DNA of 64,000 nucleotides from Amphiscolops sp. MND2022 (GCA_964187785.1 OZ076409.1:92196001-92260000), one strand, 5' to 3'; positions 9,781 to 23,989 are shown, counted from the stretch's first letter. Notes: generated by a model from the sequence alone, not told the origin. Numbers and translations: made by a program.

Positions 9781-12127
9781 TTATGTTGTGAAAAATTAAT
9801 GGCATTAATGGCCATTAATATTTTTTTAATTTTAAACATTACATTAATTGATTTTTCCTTCAATAATTTTTAAAACGACGTTCCATTAATTTTTGACAGT
9901 CCCTGCCGACTTAGTTAAAGTTAATCTCGAATTACATCAAAAAGTCTGCAATAATTGACACTTTAGACATTCGCATTAAAAGAAGCATTCGTCTCGTTTT
10001 CAATTTTCATGACGAAGATAGCTCAGTTCCAATGATGGAAACTGGAAATTGTCAAAGCTGTATTTATGACGCCGTCACATGAATTTCAAACTATAAGAAA
10101 ATTTTTTTCGGTGCAGAGTCAATCCCAGCTGCATATCTCACACATTGTAGTATTTTAGATTCATATATAGTGTTCGCCGAATTGAAGTGAAGAAAACCTT
10201 CGTGAATCTGTATTTGAACTACAAGAAAGAAAGGAACGCATCTCCAACGGAGAATTTTTGTCGTTTTTCTGACAGAATAAAATTCCTGTTTATCAAATTC
10301 CCTCAATTTTCTCTCATTCAAGTTTTCAAGTAAAGTTATTCCGAAACTTCGTGCAGAAGAAAAGTTTTTAGACTTTTATTTCTAGAAAAAGACGTGCTTC
10401 GTTTTTTTGAACACTGCGAAAAACTCAATGATCTATATTCGATTTAACACACCGGAAGTTACATTATTTGTAGATGGGCTAGAGCTCAATAGAATTACAC
10501 CACCCATGGATAAGCTTAACACGAAATTTGTCTTCCGAATGACTCAAAACTTCCGTAAAGTCCTTTTTGGCCTGTTAATAATTCTTGAACTCAATCATAA
10601 TCGGAAGGTTTCACCAATGATTGAAAATAAACTCTGATGATGATTCAATCGAAACCATGAAAGTGAACACTTAAGAAAGGAATTAACAAGAGTTTCAAAT
10701 CCGACATGAGCTATTGTTTTATATGAAATGATGTTTCTTATATAGAAATTAGTTATTATCTCAATATTGTTGCCTGTGAAATCTCGAACAATTCCCAAAT
10801 TAGGACAAGTTGCCGTTATGCTTTGCTATGGAAAAAATGCACTTCCAGGAAAAACGTCTAAAACTACGTCATCACTATTCCATATCTTAGTGATTTGAAT
10901 TCCATATTTTAGTGACGCTAAACGTTAAAGTTTTATTCCGGACCTTTTTTGACATTATTTCCGCCAGAAATATATGGACAAGCTGTTTTTGTTCAACTGA
11001 GATCATAATCGATACCCTAGTCGAGGTTGCTTGACTCTTTTACATGTTGCATGGAAACATGCAGGCTTGGAATTTTTATGCATGGAAGTTTCCTTGAAAA
11101 ATTTATGAAACCGTGAAAAATTAGCTTGATAACCTACAAAAACTTGTAGAAAGTTCGAGAAGTTTCAACCCGGCTAGGTATTGTAATTCGTGTCTTTATA
11201 ACAAATGAGAGCTTTTCTAAGAATGTCCTTACTGCAACTAAACTTGTAGTTTATCTTGTATAATGACAACAGACACTTTATAGACCATGTACAAACAAGA
11301 GTAAGTATATAAAGTTCAAGTCTCTAGGACAAAGTCTGTCCTTTAACTCCTCTTCAATAGGAATAAATATTCCTCTTTTGATTTGGTTGGCAGTATTTCA
11401 TGTTTTTATTGTTTTTAGTTTTTCATGGAAGCATACACGAAGCTCAGAAACACCTGCTGTCCATTGTATGCGAGCTTCTATCTTTTGCTTGCTTCTGCTC
11501 TGATCCAAAGCTTGGTATCCATGTAGCCAGTGCAACCTCCAGAAAGAAGGATCAACATCGTTACTATAATGCAGTCTGAAACCTCAACAACATCTAACTC
11601 AACACTTTATCAAGTAGCAAGCAAATTGCATTAACAGTGTTTGATCTTTAAAATTTATTACTCAACTATTTATGATTTTGAATATCTACTATTCAAAATG
11701 GCTAATACATCATGTGGCATACTCTGAATGATTTTTTACACCGTACAGATCAAGTTCTGCAGATCAGCTTACTCGTCGATAGAACCATAGATTCATACAA
11801 ATATCTTGAAAAAACGTTATCCTCGAGAGTAAACTGCGAAGTCGAAAAATTGACAAACAGTTGGCTAAATTTTTTGAAAGCTTCTTTTCTCCACGAACAA
11901 TAGCCGCAGCTCAAAAAAACTTTCTGCTCCTGAAAGCCCTTAATCTAAGCTTTCAATTGCACACTAATTAGACTGGGAACTGGCGTCACTTTCAAATGCC
12001 GGTCGAACTCACAACAGGAGCTTCATTGAAAAATTTCAATATGCATTTTCAATGGTGCACTACTGTGTTACGGAGTGGGACAATAACTTAGCAAACAGAG
12101 AAAAGGCTAATTTTCTGGAATTTAATT

Positions 12128-14576
12128 GGTTTGGTAAAACGTGACTTGATATTAACGTAGAATTGAGAGTGAACAAAATCAAAAAGTGGAAGTTAGAGGA
12201 AGTTTGAAAGTTTAGACTTTAGACTGAACGGCATGAACATTTCCCGGCCCTCTCGAACGGGTTCAAACCACTTTCCCAATGAAACATACGGAACAAAGAA
12301 GCAGTTGTAAAAACCCAAAAAAAAGAAATTTTTTAGTAAAAGGAGAGGAATATTATTCCTTGGTGTGTGGAAAATCTGAACACTACAGAGAGAAAACAGA
12401 GAGCAGAGAGCGATTACACATGGTAAGGTACGGCAAGAATGGTGAATGAAAATCTGAAGTAAGGGTTAGACAAGCAGAATAAGTCAAAACTGATCGCGAA
12501 GCCTATTTAAATTACGATTTATTCTTTGTAATTACAGTAATAAGTGAAAAGTTTCTGATCGTCGTCGTTGGAAATGGCGGCAGTAATTGTTTTCTTTAAA
12601 AAATGTCTTTTTCATTTGAGTTTTTGGTTAAAAGCTTTGTCTTCAAGCTGCGATCGTCGGGTCTTTTTTGTATTGTGTGTCCTCTTAGTTACTGAGTGTT
12701 TTTCATTTTCTGATGTACTGACTTGTGTTCATCCAACTCATTGCTGGCAAAAACAAAGACAATCGATGAACTGGCTGCACGTAAGATCCTCTTCGGTTTC
12801 GGCTCTCGATCAAGCGTGTGATTTGGTCATTTCTTTGGAAAAATCAGTGACCATGGCCATTGGCCGCATCATCGGCGGTGTGTTGTCTTCTTTCAAGAAA
12901 ACGATGTTTCCTATCCGCAAGTTTTGTTGTTTTTCTGTCCAATATTGTCGTCGTTGTAGCGTTGTTAAGTATTCCTTTAGACCATCGCTTCCGGAAGAAA
13001 ACCATAGCGTGTTGTCGTTGTTGGAATTTTCGGACAAGCGCTAACTCTGCAGAATCGGGTAGCTCATTATTGGGAACTGCTAGAAAATGGCGTCCGATTA
13101 GAAGATGAGCTGGCGTGACAGCAGCAGAGTTGTTGGAATCGTTTGACGGAGCTGTAGATGTCAATTCGTCTAGGGTAGCATAGTTCTCGCAGTTGTCTTC
13201 ATCAGATGGCGTTTCAAGGTTTTGACTGCTGCTTCCCACAGGCCACCCGAGAGAACGTGGTGGTGTTGAGAGTCATTGCATCTAATGATAAGCAACGAAA
13301 GGTTCCAGGGCGTCGTTGATCTTGTTCAGCTAGCATGTTTTGTAGTTCAAATTCCGTATGGCTTCCCGTGAAGGTATGCGAGTTGTCGCTGTAGATTGCT
13401 TGGGGCAACCACAACGGGCAAAAAAGTGTTGAAGGATGGAGAGGTAGGCTTGTTCAATAAGGGTTTCGACCGGCTCCAAGTGTACGGCTTTTGATGAGAA
13501 GCAATTGAAGATGGCGGTATAGATCTTTTTCTTTTTCAATTTTGTCGCGGTTGGGCCACAGTAGTCGAGATCGGTGTGATAGAAGGCAGAGGATGGAGAC
13601 ATGCGTTCTTCGGGGTATCTTTTTAGTTTTTTTCTGAATGTCTGTAGAAAAGGCGTTGTTTACTTTAAAATACTTTTGGTTCTTCTGATACTTCTTTGAA
13701 TTGCTGTGAATACCTTCTTAATAATCTTTGAAGAGTTATTTTCACTGTTTGAATTGTCGAAAAAATTTAAACTTCGGAAAATTATCAACTGTTGCTTTTG
13801 GAATCCTTGAATAATTTAAACAGTTTCAGGGCGAGGTTGTTCGTGTCGAGACAAATCATCTTTGCATTGTAATCTTTTCGAAGAACAGGAAGAACTTTGA
13901 GTGAATGGAATTCGTGACTTTCAATAATTACTGTTGCAAGTTTTCACTTCTGCTTTGAGCTTTTCATATTCGGGAAGGAACCAAGGAAAATCTTTCCTTT
14001 CTGTTTTTTTCCGAGAATTTGAGAACTTTTAGAACTTCAGCAGTTTTCTCAATAAGTTTGTTTTTGAGGTAATCCAGCAAACCTTTGTCCAAAAATCGTC
14101 GTTTTGTTTTTTCTTTCGAATGAGAGTTGTTTCTGTTGGCCACTAAAGTTGGTTTGCTGAAACGTGACTTGACAGTAATGTATACCTTTTCCATGTCAAT
14201 TTCGCCAAAATGAAAATGAAATGGAAATCAAGATCGCGTGAACGAATTTCCATTTCGTTTTCGTGAAAAAAATTTCCGCCAATCTGAAACCGAATTTTGC
14301 CAAAAGGAAAACGACTTTCGCCAAATAAGACTGAGCTAATCGATTTTTTGTGTGAAATTTAGTTTCGCTACGGTTTAAAGGAATTAGGTTCATGCAAAAT
14401 TGATTCTCTTTCGCAAAGTTGAGCTCCACGTTGGCGATTTTCAGTTTTGTTCACGTGGAATTGACATTCATTTCGGCGAAATTCAGATGGAAAAGGTATA
14501 GATTGAGAAGAAGTGAACAGAATCAAAAAGTGGAAGTTGACGGAAGGTTGAAAGTTTAGACTGAACGGCATGAACA
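12128..14576 (-). mobile_element. BEL/Pao LTR retrotransposon relic (integrase and C-terminal fragments)
   Basis: fragments DYCGP, AVHLE, IYSDN, TPAHLLIGR, KRWSK/EYLTTLQRR at 12810-13602; LTR starts TGTTCATGCC at 14576 and 12239; PPT gagagggccgggaaa next to the 3' LTR. Confidence 0.8.
14183..14498. mobile_element. MITE with TA target duplication inserted in the BEL 5' LTR
   Basis: TIR taccttttccat...aatttcgcc.aaatgaa at both ends; TA at 14181-14182 and 14499-14500; absent from the other LTR. Confidence 0.8.
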
Positions 14577-16306
14577 GCAATTTTTGTGAACTTTCACTTC
14601 TTTCTAGTTACATTTTTGCCGATGGCTTGCAAAAAAACTATATTGACACAAATTAAAACTCCAACCAAGTAGTCCAATAGGTTGTCGATAGGAAAGACAA
14701 ATTGTCGTTTCCTATACGCTTTTTGCGTTTCCTAATTTTTATGATTGCGAGAAAAATTAATATCACTGTCGAGATTAGTGAAGAATTGTAAAACTGATTT
14801 TTGTTCGACAATAGTGAATGGAAACGATTGTATGGACTGTATGGTAAGAAATTTCTTTTTCCAAATTTTATTACCAGTTAATCTCAACTCTAGTTCAACG
14901 TATATATAAAATGATGGTACCATAATACGAAACACAAAAGTTTTGTTTATAAATATAAATTCTAAAAAGAAAATATGAAAATCATTTAATTTAGCCACTG
15001 TGTAACTGTCAGAGGTATTGATTGGGTAATTCGATTCGGCATTTGACTCCGTATAACACGGATACCACGATTAGTCGAGGTCACTTTTGATTTTTAGTCT
15101 CCCTAACAGCCAAAAAACCCGCACTTAAACTTGATTCAGGACTTAACTCGCAACATTTCTTTTTTTTCTGAAATCATACGGCACCTTCGATAAATTAGAT
15201 AAGTTTTGTCGAGTTTCCAAACTTGGAACTTCGAATATAAATATGTATCTCATATCTCGGCATCTACAAATTCAAATCAACAGGTTATGATAAGTTAACA
15301 ATCACTATTTTTCAAAATTTTCCAACTTTTACTTGAAAAATTTTTTTGGCAGTTATATGGTCCGGTGTTCGTTCCTCACATCTTTCTCAAAGTAGTCGCT
15401 CCACTAGTATCTAAATTTTTATTGTTCAACTCCTAGTTTTAGAACGTTAGTTTTCCACGAGAATTCAAAAATGCGCAATTTTCACACAATTTCACGCTAT
15501 ATTACGTACCTTTGAACTAAAACGAAGCTATTTCATTCTTGTGTCTTAATTTGAGGCGGGTGATAAAATGGTCAAAGTGTTATAATCCTCTTCTGAAGCT
15601 AGTATTTCGTCTTCTAAGTTCAGTTCGTTTTGGAACAATGATTTGGCAGGATGTTTTCTTTCATTTTTGAAGCTCTTGAGAGGATCATCTTCATCTTCTG
15701 ATTCTGGATTTTTATTATTTGATGCGTGAACTCCTATAGACTGTAATTTTTCGGATCCCGAAAGTTAGGTATTTTGCATTCCGTTCATTTCAGATCTTGA
15801 TTTGGAGTTTCTATTTCAATGTTGCTTGTTTTCTCGCGGGTGTGGGGTTATCGAGTCTTTTAGTTCTCCTATTTCTTCTGTTTCCCATCTCACTCTAGTG
15901 AAGACAAGGTTTTGTTGCAAGGAAATAGTTAATATTCTTTGCAGTTTTATGATGAAACTAAGTTCAATTGGTGAACAAAGTTGATGCAAATTGATTTGCA
16001 TGGCAGTTGTGAAGTTTCTTTTGAGAGTTACTGCTTTCAATTGAAGTTATTTTTGGAGCGATCGGTATTAAAACTGCTTTGATTGTCTCACAATTAAAAG
16101 TATGACACTCCTTTTTACAGGTATCATCATTTAAAAAGATATTGATAGAGTTATATCAAGATGACATCGTTCTATTTATATCCCAAAAATTTATATTGCA
16201 TGACATTCAAATTACAATTATAGAATATAAAGGACCCTATGAGAAAATGATATGAGCTACGAAGGTATCTCAGATGCTACCTAGCAGCAAATCAGAATAA
16301 AGCTCC

Positions 16307-18883
16307 AAATTATAGCTGATGCAGCTGATACCGCATAGTGCCGTATGCTCGTCACTTATCAAACCGCATAGTGACGTATAGTGGCACTTGTGCAAAAAGC
16401 GTATGTTGACATATATACGTCAGACCTTGATCCGCATGATGCCGCATACTTGTCAGTAGTCAATCCGCATGATGTCGCATACTCATTAGTAGTCAACCCG
16501 CCTGATGCCGCATACTCGTCAGATGTCAATCCGCATGATGCCGCATACTCGTCGGTAGTCAATCCGCATGATGCCGCATACTCATTGTCTGCAATTCCGC
16601 ATCTTAGTAAAAAATTATCTCTCACAAACTGCGTGAACAAGTATTATGAGTCATACTACTATGTAAAGATCAATGAATTTTACGCTTCTAATACTTCAGA
16701 TGTATAACAAGGTAAAACAGAACTCAGTATAAAATTAGGGTAACAAATTTGAAGTTACATGACTAAAGTAAGATGCTGGGGGTTAGTTTGTAGTCCTTGT
16801 TGGCCATCTAAAATTCATATTCTTCTGGAAATCGGGCTTGGCAGTTCTAGTATCTTAGGAATTGCCAAATGGCACCAGCACAATAGTGAGGTTGTGACAG
16901 ACCCGCTCTTTTACAAGAAAACAGAGCTGCCTCAAATCCGTCAAAAATTGTTCTGGACCGTACACTCCCGTACTTGACTGTCGTCCCGTCGCAGCCAGTT
17001 GAAATGAGATGTTTGCCCTGGTGCTTCCATTCTTCTACAGTGGTCCCGCACTTGAAAAGTGCGCGATCAGTTCAGTTCTTTTTGAGTCTGTACAGCAGTG
17101 TAGTATTGAAGTGAATTATTATTATGGGGAGACTTTTCAATTCTGAGGAAATCCAGCTTAGCTTGAAGTCAAGAAGAAATTTATCGTCGTGGGGTTACAA
17201 ATCACCGACGAAGACATCACCTGCTGAGTTGTGTTGGGTTTCTTTTGGGTCATTTCCAATTTTGACATTATTCTGTCACAAATTTTCCATTCGCCCGGTT
17301 TTTTGAAGTGTTTGGTTTTTTTTACTAGTCATTGATTTTATTGCTAAGCTGGCCAGTCTAGCATTGGAGATGTCCTAATTTGACTTAGACAACATCCGGG
17401 GATCTTTTGGAGTATTTTCGAACTTCCGATTTTAATTTGAAGCATTTTTCAACGGTTCGGGATTCTTAAGGGAGCACTTTTCAATACTTGCTGTATGAAG
17501 TAGGTTCATGCTTCCGGATTTCATTTGAAGCATTTTTCAACGCTTCAGGATTCTTGTGGAGGCACTCAAATACTTGCGGTATGAAGTACGTTCATGCTTC
17601 CGAATTTAATTTGTCATTTCCGTTTTTGCACAAGAAATAAACGAAATTTCATTTTGGTTGAACTCAGTGTTACTGAAAAATCGCCGTGACGATCGCCCAC
17701 TAGTAAATATGTTCCTTTCTTCAAGGTGCCAGCCACTACATCTGTTTTGAAATATCCACAATTTATTGAGTCACTCAGTACTGCTTTAACTGATACATTA
17801 ATACTCAGCAAGGAAAGTCAGAGAAGTTGAAATTATGTCAGAGTTGTTTTTTTTTAAAAGTATACGATTGTGTTGTTTGGGTTATGATTGGAACCAAAGT
17901 TGTATTTTCCAGCATTTTTTGTTCGCGTCTTGTTGTTTGCTTTGTCATGAGGTATTTTAGGAGTTTTCTGGGGTCGTTCAATAGTTTTTGTGGGTGTATT
18001 CGTTTTGTATTATTGAGTTTCTGGTGAAACTAATTCATCATAATCTGTTTGTTGCATTTTTCATCAAAATTTCTCCTTTTTGGTCCAGTGGGTTCTTCCA
18101 TTGTGCTCCCCCACTGTTTTTTGCACTGGCGAGGGAGGGAGGGTGGTTGTTTTTGGGTGAAAAAGTATTGGTTGAGAGTTCTTGTTAGACAGTTTCTTTA
18201 TCCATTTCGGGATTTGGTTACTTGGGACAAGCTGTTTTTCCGTTGAAGTTGATGTATTTTGGCTTGCGTGGGATCCTGTCGTGTCGTATAAATTATAGCT
18301 GATGCAGCTGAAACCGCATAGTGCCGTATGCTTGTCACTTATCAAACCGCATAGTGACGTAAAGTAGCACTTGTGCAAAAAGCGTATGTTGAAGTATATA
18401 CGTCAGACCTTGATCCGCATGATGCCGCATACTCGTCAGTAGTCAATCCGCATGATGTCGCATACTCATTAGTAGTCCATCCGCATGATGCCGCATCCTC
18501 GTCAGTAGTCAATCCGCATGATGCCGCATACTCGTCGGTAGTCAATCCGCATGATTCCGCATACTCATTGTCTGCAATTCCGCATATTAGTATAAAATAA
18601 TCTCTCACAAACTGCGTGAACAAGTATTATGAGTCATACTACTATGTAATGATGAATGAAATTTACGCTTCTAATACTTCAGATGTATAACAAGGTAAAA
18701 CAGAACTCAGTATAAAATTAGGGTAACAAATTTGAAGTTACATGACTAAAGTAAGATGCTGGGGGTTAGTTTGTAGTCCTTGTTGGCCATCTAAAATTCA
18801 TAATCTTCTGGAAATCGGGTTTGGCAGTTCAAGTTTTCGTAGGAATTGCCCAATGGCACCAGCACAACAGTGAGGTTGTGACA
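16307..18883 (-). mobile_element. LTR-like non-coding element: two ~590-bp direct repeats each carrying a 33-bp minisatellite
   Basis: 16307-16899 nearly identical to 18290-18883; right copy TG(18277)...CA(18883); purine-rich aaaagagcggg on - strand next to 16899; unit gtcaatccgcatgatgccgcatactcgtcagta about 5x. Confidence 0.6.
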
Positions 18884-20951
18884 CGAAGTATTGGTCCTAA
18901 ATTCGAAGCATGCCTTTGAATGGGAATTATAGTTCTGTAGGTCTTCATCTGATACTTGAGACCTCAATGGAAGCCAAGTCACAGTGGTTACTGCCCATTT
19001 CAAATTTATATTAATTGCTATCAGTGAAAAGTACCCTGCATATGAGGTGAATTGAATCGTTTATGTGGAGATCAGGCATACTTCAAATGAGCTAAAGCTA
19101 CAAAGAAGATATTCAATGGAATCACATCCAATTAGCATTCAAACTTGCAAACAGCTCGATTCCAACTAAGACAATTAATGAAAATGAAGCTACTCAATAG
19201 AAGCAGACATTGTTTTTTGTACAAAAACAAAAGGCGTGGGCGAAAAAGAGCTGTGTCGCCAAATAAAAAAACCCAGACTTGAAAATACCTATTTTTGTCT
19301 GGATTTGAACGTCTAACTGGTTAAAAGCCATCAGTTTTCGTGAGCCCTCGAAATTAAAATGGTCGGTCGCCAAATTTTTGATGCTGTGAAAATCAGGATT
19401 ATCGCTGGAACGAGAAAACTCAAAATTCTAAATGAGATTTGCAGCCCTCAAAGCTCAGCTAAAATGGCACCATCCACTTGAAATGCCACATGTTTGAGCT
19501 GCCATCTTTTGGTCATTTCTAATGTGACACTTTGGGTTGTCCTTTCTTCAACTAGTCAGTAAATTCTAAGCATCTATCTGTGTTTGATCTCTCGGATCTT
19601 CAAAAGTGTCATCCTTTCATCATCCCATTAATTTTATCCCGTTTATCCTGAAATCTGCCATATTGGGAACTTTTCTTAAAGAGACCACATTTGCGTTTCA
19701 AATTGTTGGAGTATTTAAGTGAATCCGTCTTGGAATTCGTCACAATTGACAATAAATTTTGTCGAAAAAAGTTGAATATTTCTGCACTCGATAAATTGAA
19801 ACACAATGAAAATTTCCTGGCTGAATAAATCACTTTTGCTTTTGGTTGTTTGGAACTTGGAACTCTGCGTTGCTACACAAAAAGGTAAATTTATAATTTA
19901 ATAAAATCCTGGACTGGTCCAGAGAAATGCAACCTTTATATTTTAAAACATTCTTTGAAAGATCTTGCAAGTAATTGTAATCCCTGCAAGAATCTCACAA
20001 TGAAGCGTAATTAATTCCTCGCAAGATCTTCACAAGGAATGCATTTTAAGCGAGGATCTTGAAAGAATCTTCCAAGGAACCGAAGTAAATAACAAGGATC
20101 TCGCAAGAATCTTTCAATATCTTGCAAAGAACAAGATTCTTGCAAAGATAGCTTTTTTTCTCCCCCAGGGTAATTAAAGGGAAATACTTTGAAATGTTTT
20201 GTTTTTCTAAAGAGCACTGTTTATCAAAACTCAATTGCAATATTGACCCTTGTAAGAACAAGCCGGGACCGGCCCAAGTCGGCGCTATATCTAGGGCTCA
20301 AAAATAGCAAAAGGACTTCGAAGTGTCAAAGTATTCCCTTCTAGAGCACCCGAAATTTTTTTTTAAAAGTCTCGCAATGCCGGAAAAATTTTGTGTACTC
20401 TAAACTTATGTACTTTATTTAGCTATACATTGTCTGTCTCGATAGTTTTTATAAAAGGAAACAAGGAAACCAAGTGGTTCGAAATCATGATTTCGAAACT
20501 TCAGGAATATCAATCTTGGTGTGTGATTTCAAGGCATGAAAATTCAGGACCATCTTTTTTCATCCGTCATCTCAATGAATAGGGCATCTGAAAGATCAGT
20601 TGAATATTCTCATAACACGATTGATCGCCATTCTCAAACCGGCAGTAAAATCATCAAAGATAGGGTTGTTTGCTTTGTGTATAGCTCCAATAATGTGCCT
20701 TGTTTGAATAACTTTTCGTTTTTAGCGGGCTCCTGTTAGTTTCGTTTGAGCGTTTGCAGTGAAATCCAATCAAATGTCCTGAACATTGCATCGAATTCCA
20801 CAGCTTTTTCAGCGGGTTTGGCTACAGGCAGCCGCTTCCTAAAAGCTTGTTTCACGCATCAATAAACAGGCCTGTTATTTTGTTCCTAAAGTATTTTATA
20901 CTTGTGGTTTTTGACTCCATGTTATTTTGTCCTCTGGACTTTTAACTCTAG

Positions 20952-21166
20952 CCGGAAAACCGAAATATCGGCTTTAGAATGCTCGTTGTCTTGTGCGGAC
21001 TACCACCGATTGTGTCCTGGCTTGAATGATCCCAACTTTTACGCCGAGTACAAAAAGGAAATTGCCGAGTCAGGAGACGAGGTATACTTCGCCCACAAAG
21101 ATCTACCGGCCCCTGATTGCAAACACGTCTTCTATCAGTACGGGTGTCCCAAGTCTTGCGGAAAAT
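20952..21166 (+). CDS. lectin gene exon: ShKT-like domain
   Basis: CADYHRLC...C...GCPKSCGKC; tag acceptor, gtaagt donor; upstream/signal exon not found. Confidence 0.75.
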
Positions 21167-21309
21167 GTAAGTGACTTTTATGTTATTAATTATTATAATG
21201 GCTCACTGTTATAATTTATTTGTGTAGAGGCAGGAAATTTACCATCTGTGTAGCATATTTAACCAAATTCTGCCAAACATCCATTTACTGATATAATTCA
21301 TTTAGTTAC

Positions 21310-21375
21310 TGTAGTTGGCCCAGTTGGTAGAGCGTCCACGTGCCAGTCAATAGGTTCGAACCCGGGCTGCAGCAT
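21310..21375 (+). repeat. tRNA-like (A/B box) cassette within an interspersed repeat
   Basis: tggcccagttgg and ggttcgaaccc; no proper anticodon arm; related decayed copy near 26940-27080. Confidence 0.45.
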
Positions 21376-21812
21376 GAATTTTTTGCAATACGAATGTGGC
21401 AGAAAATACGCCTGTGCTTAGCGGATGTCTTGTTCAGTTTATCAATTGTAAACAATGCCAGCTTCGAAAAGGGACAACAGACTGAGAGTTACTTCTATTA
21501 CAAGTCCCCAGAAAAGAACAAGAAAAACAATCAAGTATGGGTTTCAGTGAATACTACAGCAAAGGGTTCATTAATAACGATTGATACCAAAATTATTTAA
21601 CAGAAAAAGAACCTAAAGATGCTTATATAACCCATGAAACGATTGGAGCAAAACCGGAACTCGTTTTTCTTAAAGCAAGATTTTTCCGCAAAAACTATCG
21701 CTTTCAGATCAAAATGCAGTTTTCCATGCTATGGAGTTTCACTTTTCCCCTGGTGCAGGTTTTTTATCTAATCAATCATTTTCGACAGAAAGAAAAAGAT
21801 AATGTTTTCCAG

Positions 21813-21893
21813 GCACTTTATGCACCGAGGATGAAATCGATGAACTCAGAGAAACGCTGAAAGAGCTTCAAGAGAACTCTGCCACACCTAAGC
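21813..21893 (+). CDS. lectin gene exon: coiled-coil linker (TLCTEDEIDELRETLKELQEN)
   Basis: ttttccag acceptor, gtgagt donor; completes the last ShKT Cys in frame (phase 1). Confidence 0.7.
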
Positions 21894-22434
21894 GTGAGTC
21901 AAACAAATATTTGTTAAGCTTCGAGTCATAAAGCATTGCGGATGATGCGCTTTGGTATAACGACTACTCATCGTTTGTGAGAACGAGCAAAAAATTGGTC
22001 TCACTTTTGGCTTTTCATATGAAATTTAGTTCACAATGAGCCAACGCCTCATTCCGATGTTGAAAAACTTGTAATTGATTGGTGTTAGCCAATACCAAAA
22101 CCTCACAAAGCGTTCCGCCGAAAAGATTGGAAATCCCAATGTCACTACTTTCAACAGGAACGAATTTAGACAGAAATCTATTTGAAAACGAACAAATTCA
22201 TGCATTGATTTTAAAACTAACCTTATAAACCGAAATCAGAGTAAATCAATGATTGAAACTTGAACCTAAATGGAATTTTTTTGCTCGTTTGTTAACCAAA
22301 ATTATTTAACTCTTCCCGCAACCCCGGAAATGACCATGCTAATATAGAAAGTTTTCAGAGGGAGTTTCCCAATTAATTTGGCTATCTGCATAACAGGATA
22401 CAGCAAAAAAGGTGAGACAACTACTTTTTTTCAG

Positions 22435-22659
22435 CTGCACCGAAACCATTGCAGAAACTCAAGATCCACAGTGCCCATGGGGACCCCGCAACACACGTTC
22501 ATGACATGTCTGTGCTGGCAAACTCTTGGGATGGAAACAACAGCACGCACTTCACGGAGTGTTACGTCACAGATAAAGAAGCTGGTGCCTACTCCGCGTA
22601 CGATTTCGAGTACTCCACAGTCAAAGCCATTCGAATGCTGAACCGGGATGAATGCTGTT
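22435..22659 (+). CDS. lectin gene exon: F-type lectin domain 1, N-half
   Basis: SWDGN...CYVT...LNRDECC; canonical phase-1 splice sites. Confidence 0.8.
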
Positions 22660-22800
22660 GTGAGTATTGCACGCAAACCTCCCTGTTTCCGCAACTGTGC
22701 AACCAGGCATGTAAAAAATTGTATTTAAATACTATTTTTCAAGAAAATAAATATACTTATTCGGTTTTGGCCAAAAAAATGTCCAATATTGTGTGAGAAA

Positions 22801-23195
22801 ACAAGACGGGAAGTCGGCGCTATATCTAAGGCTCAAAAACGCAAAGTTTTTAAAATTGTAAAAGGGGACTCTTTCGACTTTTTGAAAATCCAGTTTGTCG
22901 CCAAACATCAAGCAAATTGAAGGGGGACCCTTTGGAGACATTAAAATAAATTCGAAAATTTTTTGAAAAATTCTCGAAAAAAAACAAAAAATGAGAATTT
23001 TGAAACAGTCTCAGAGAGTCAAAAAACTTGAAAGGGGAGACCCTTTGGGCTTTTTGAAACTTCAGTTTGCTGCAAAATATCAAAAAACTTGAAGGGGGGC
23101 CCTTTGGCGACAAAAAAATTTGAAAAAAAACGCACAGTGCCGAAAAAAATTCAAAGGGGGACCCTGCAGTCCCGTCCGGTTTTGTATCTTACGTT
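22801..23195 (-). repeat. abundant HINE-like interspersed repeat
   Basis: acaagacggga...gtcggcgctatatctaaggctcaaaaa end plus aaggggg-acccttt repeats shared with many copies in the window. Confidence 0.7.
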
Positions 23196-23989
23196 TGTAT
23201 TTTTGAATGAAATATGTTTTACATCACTGTGCGCAACACTATGTTCGTTCATTTATTGCCTTTCAGACGTCTTTAACTAAACGCCATTTTTGAAAAAAAT
23301 AGTGTTAAAATTTCCCACATTGCAAAAACATCCAAATAAATTTCAAAAACTATGTGTGTCACTTTCATATGAAGTTTTTCGGTTTTCGATAAAACCTTCA
23401 GAAAAAAGATGTTCTAAAAAATTAAAGCAAACACAACGAATTAAATTTACTACATCCCAATTTATCAAATTCAATTGAAAGTACTGTCTTGCGCTAGAGT
23501 ATTGAATAGATAATTGATTGTTTGTGTTCATCTATCTTTACCATAGCTATTTTGAGCAAATGCGTCTCACATTAGGGGGGTCTCACTTGCAACAATAGCG
23601 GAAAGTAAATCAATTTTTTCCTTTGTTATAAGCAACTTCATATTCAATATTCAAATTTAGCTTTTCCTCTAAAATAAGGTATGGGTCAATCTCAAGTTGA
23701 GATTGATACGTTTTCGTTTGTTCGCTCGGATCATGCTCCAATATGAAACGCAAAAGCTTTCATGAGAAAAAACTGGACGAGCTGAAAAGCTCTTCTTTTG
23801 TCTTTTCCTCAGAGATTGCTATAGCGTTTGTTTCATAGTAAAGCTTTCGGAATGAATAAACTCTTCTATTCTATTCCATTTTATAACAGTTCTTTTCTAA
23901 ATGCTGAAACGACTAATGACCAAAGATATTAGAGCAACTCCAACCTCGTGATTTTCCTTCAAATCATTTTGTTCTTATCGGATACATGT

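Larger units (their letters stand above)
2412..9905 (+). mobile_element. hAT-derived non-autonomous DNA transposon containing nested insertions
   Basis: 8-bp TSD ccgactta (2404-2411, 9906-9913); imperfect TIRs caaaggctgtcaaaaatta / taatttttgacagtccctg; hAT dimerisation-domain fragments on both sides of the nested inserts. Confidence 0.85.

Noticed and set aside
11420..11576. possible - strand exon after a ttcag acceptor
   Set aside because: Two short frames, no recognisable motif, no partner exon
16430..16600. CRISPR-like periodicity or repeat protein (VNPHDAAYSSV)n
   Set aside because: Contiguous minisatellite without unique spacers, eukaryotic context, no cas genes, no splice support
22359..22411. 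extra mini-exon in the lectin gene
   Set aside because: The following intron would be only ~23 nt, and the frame is complete without it
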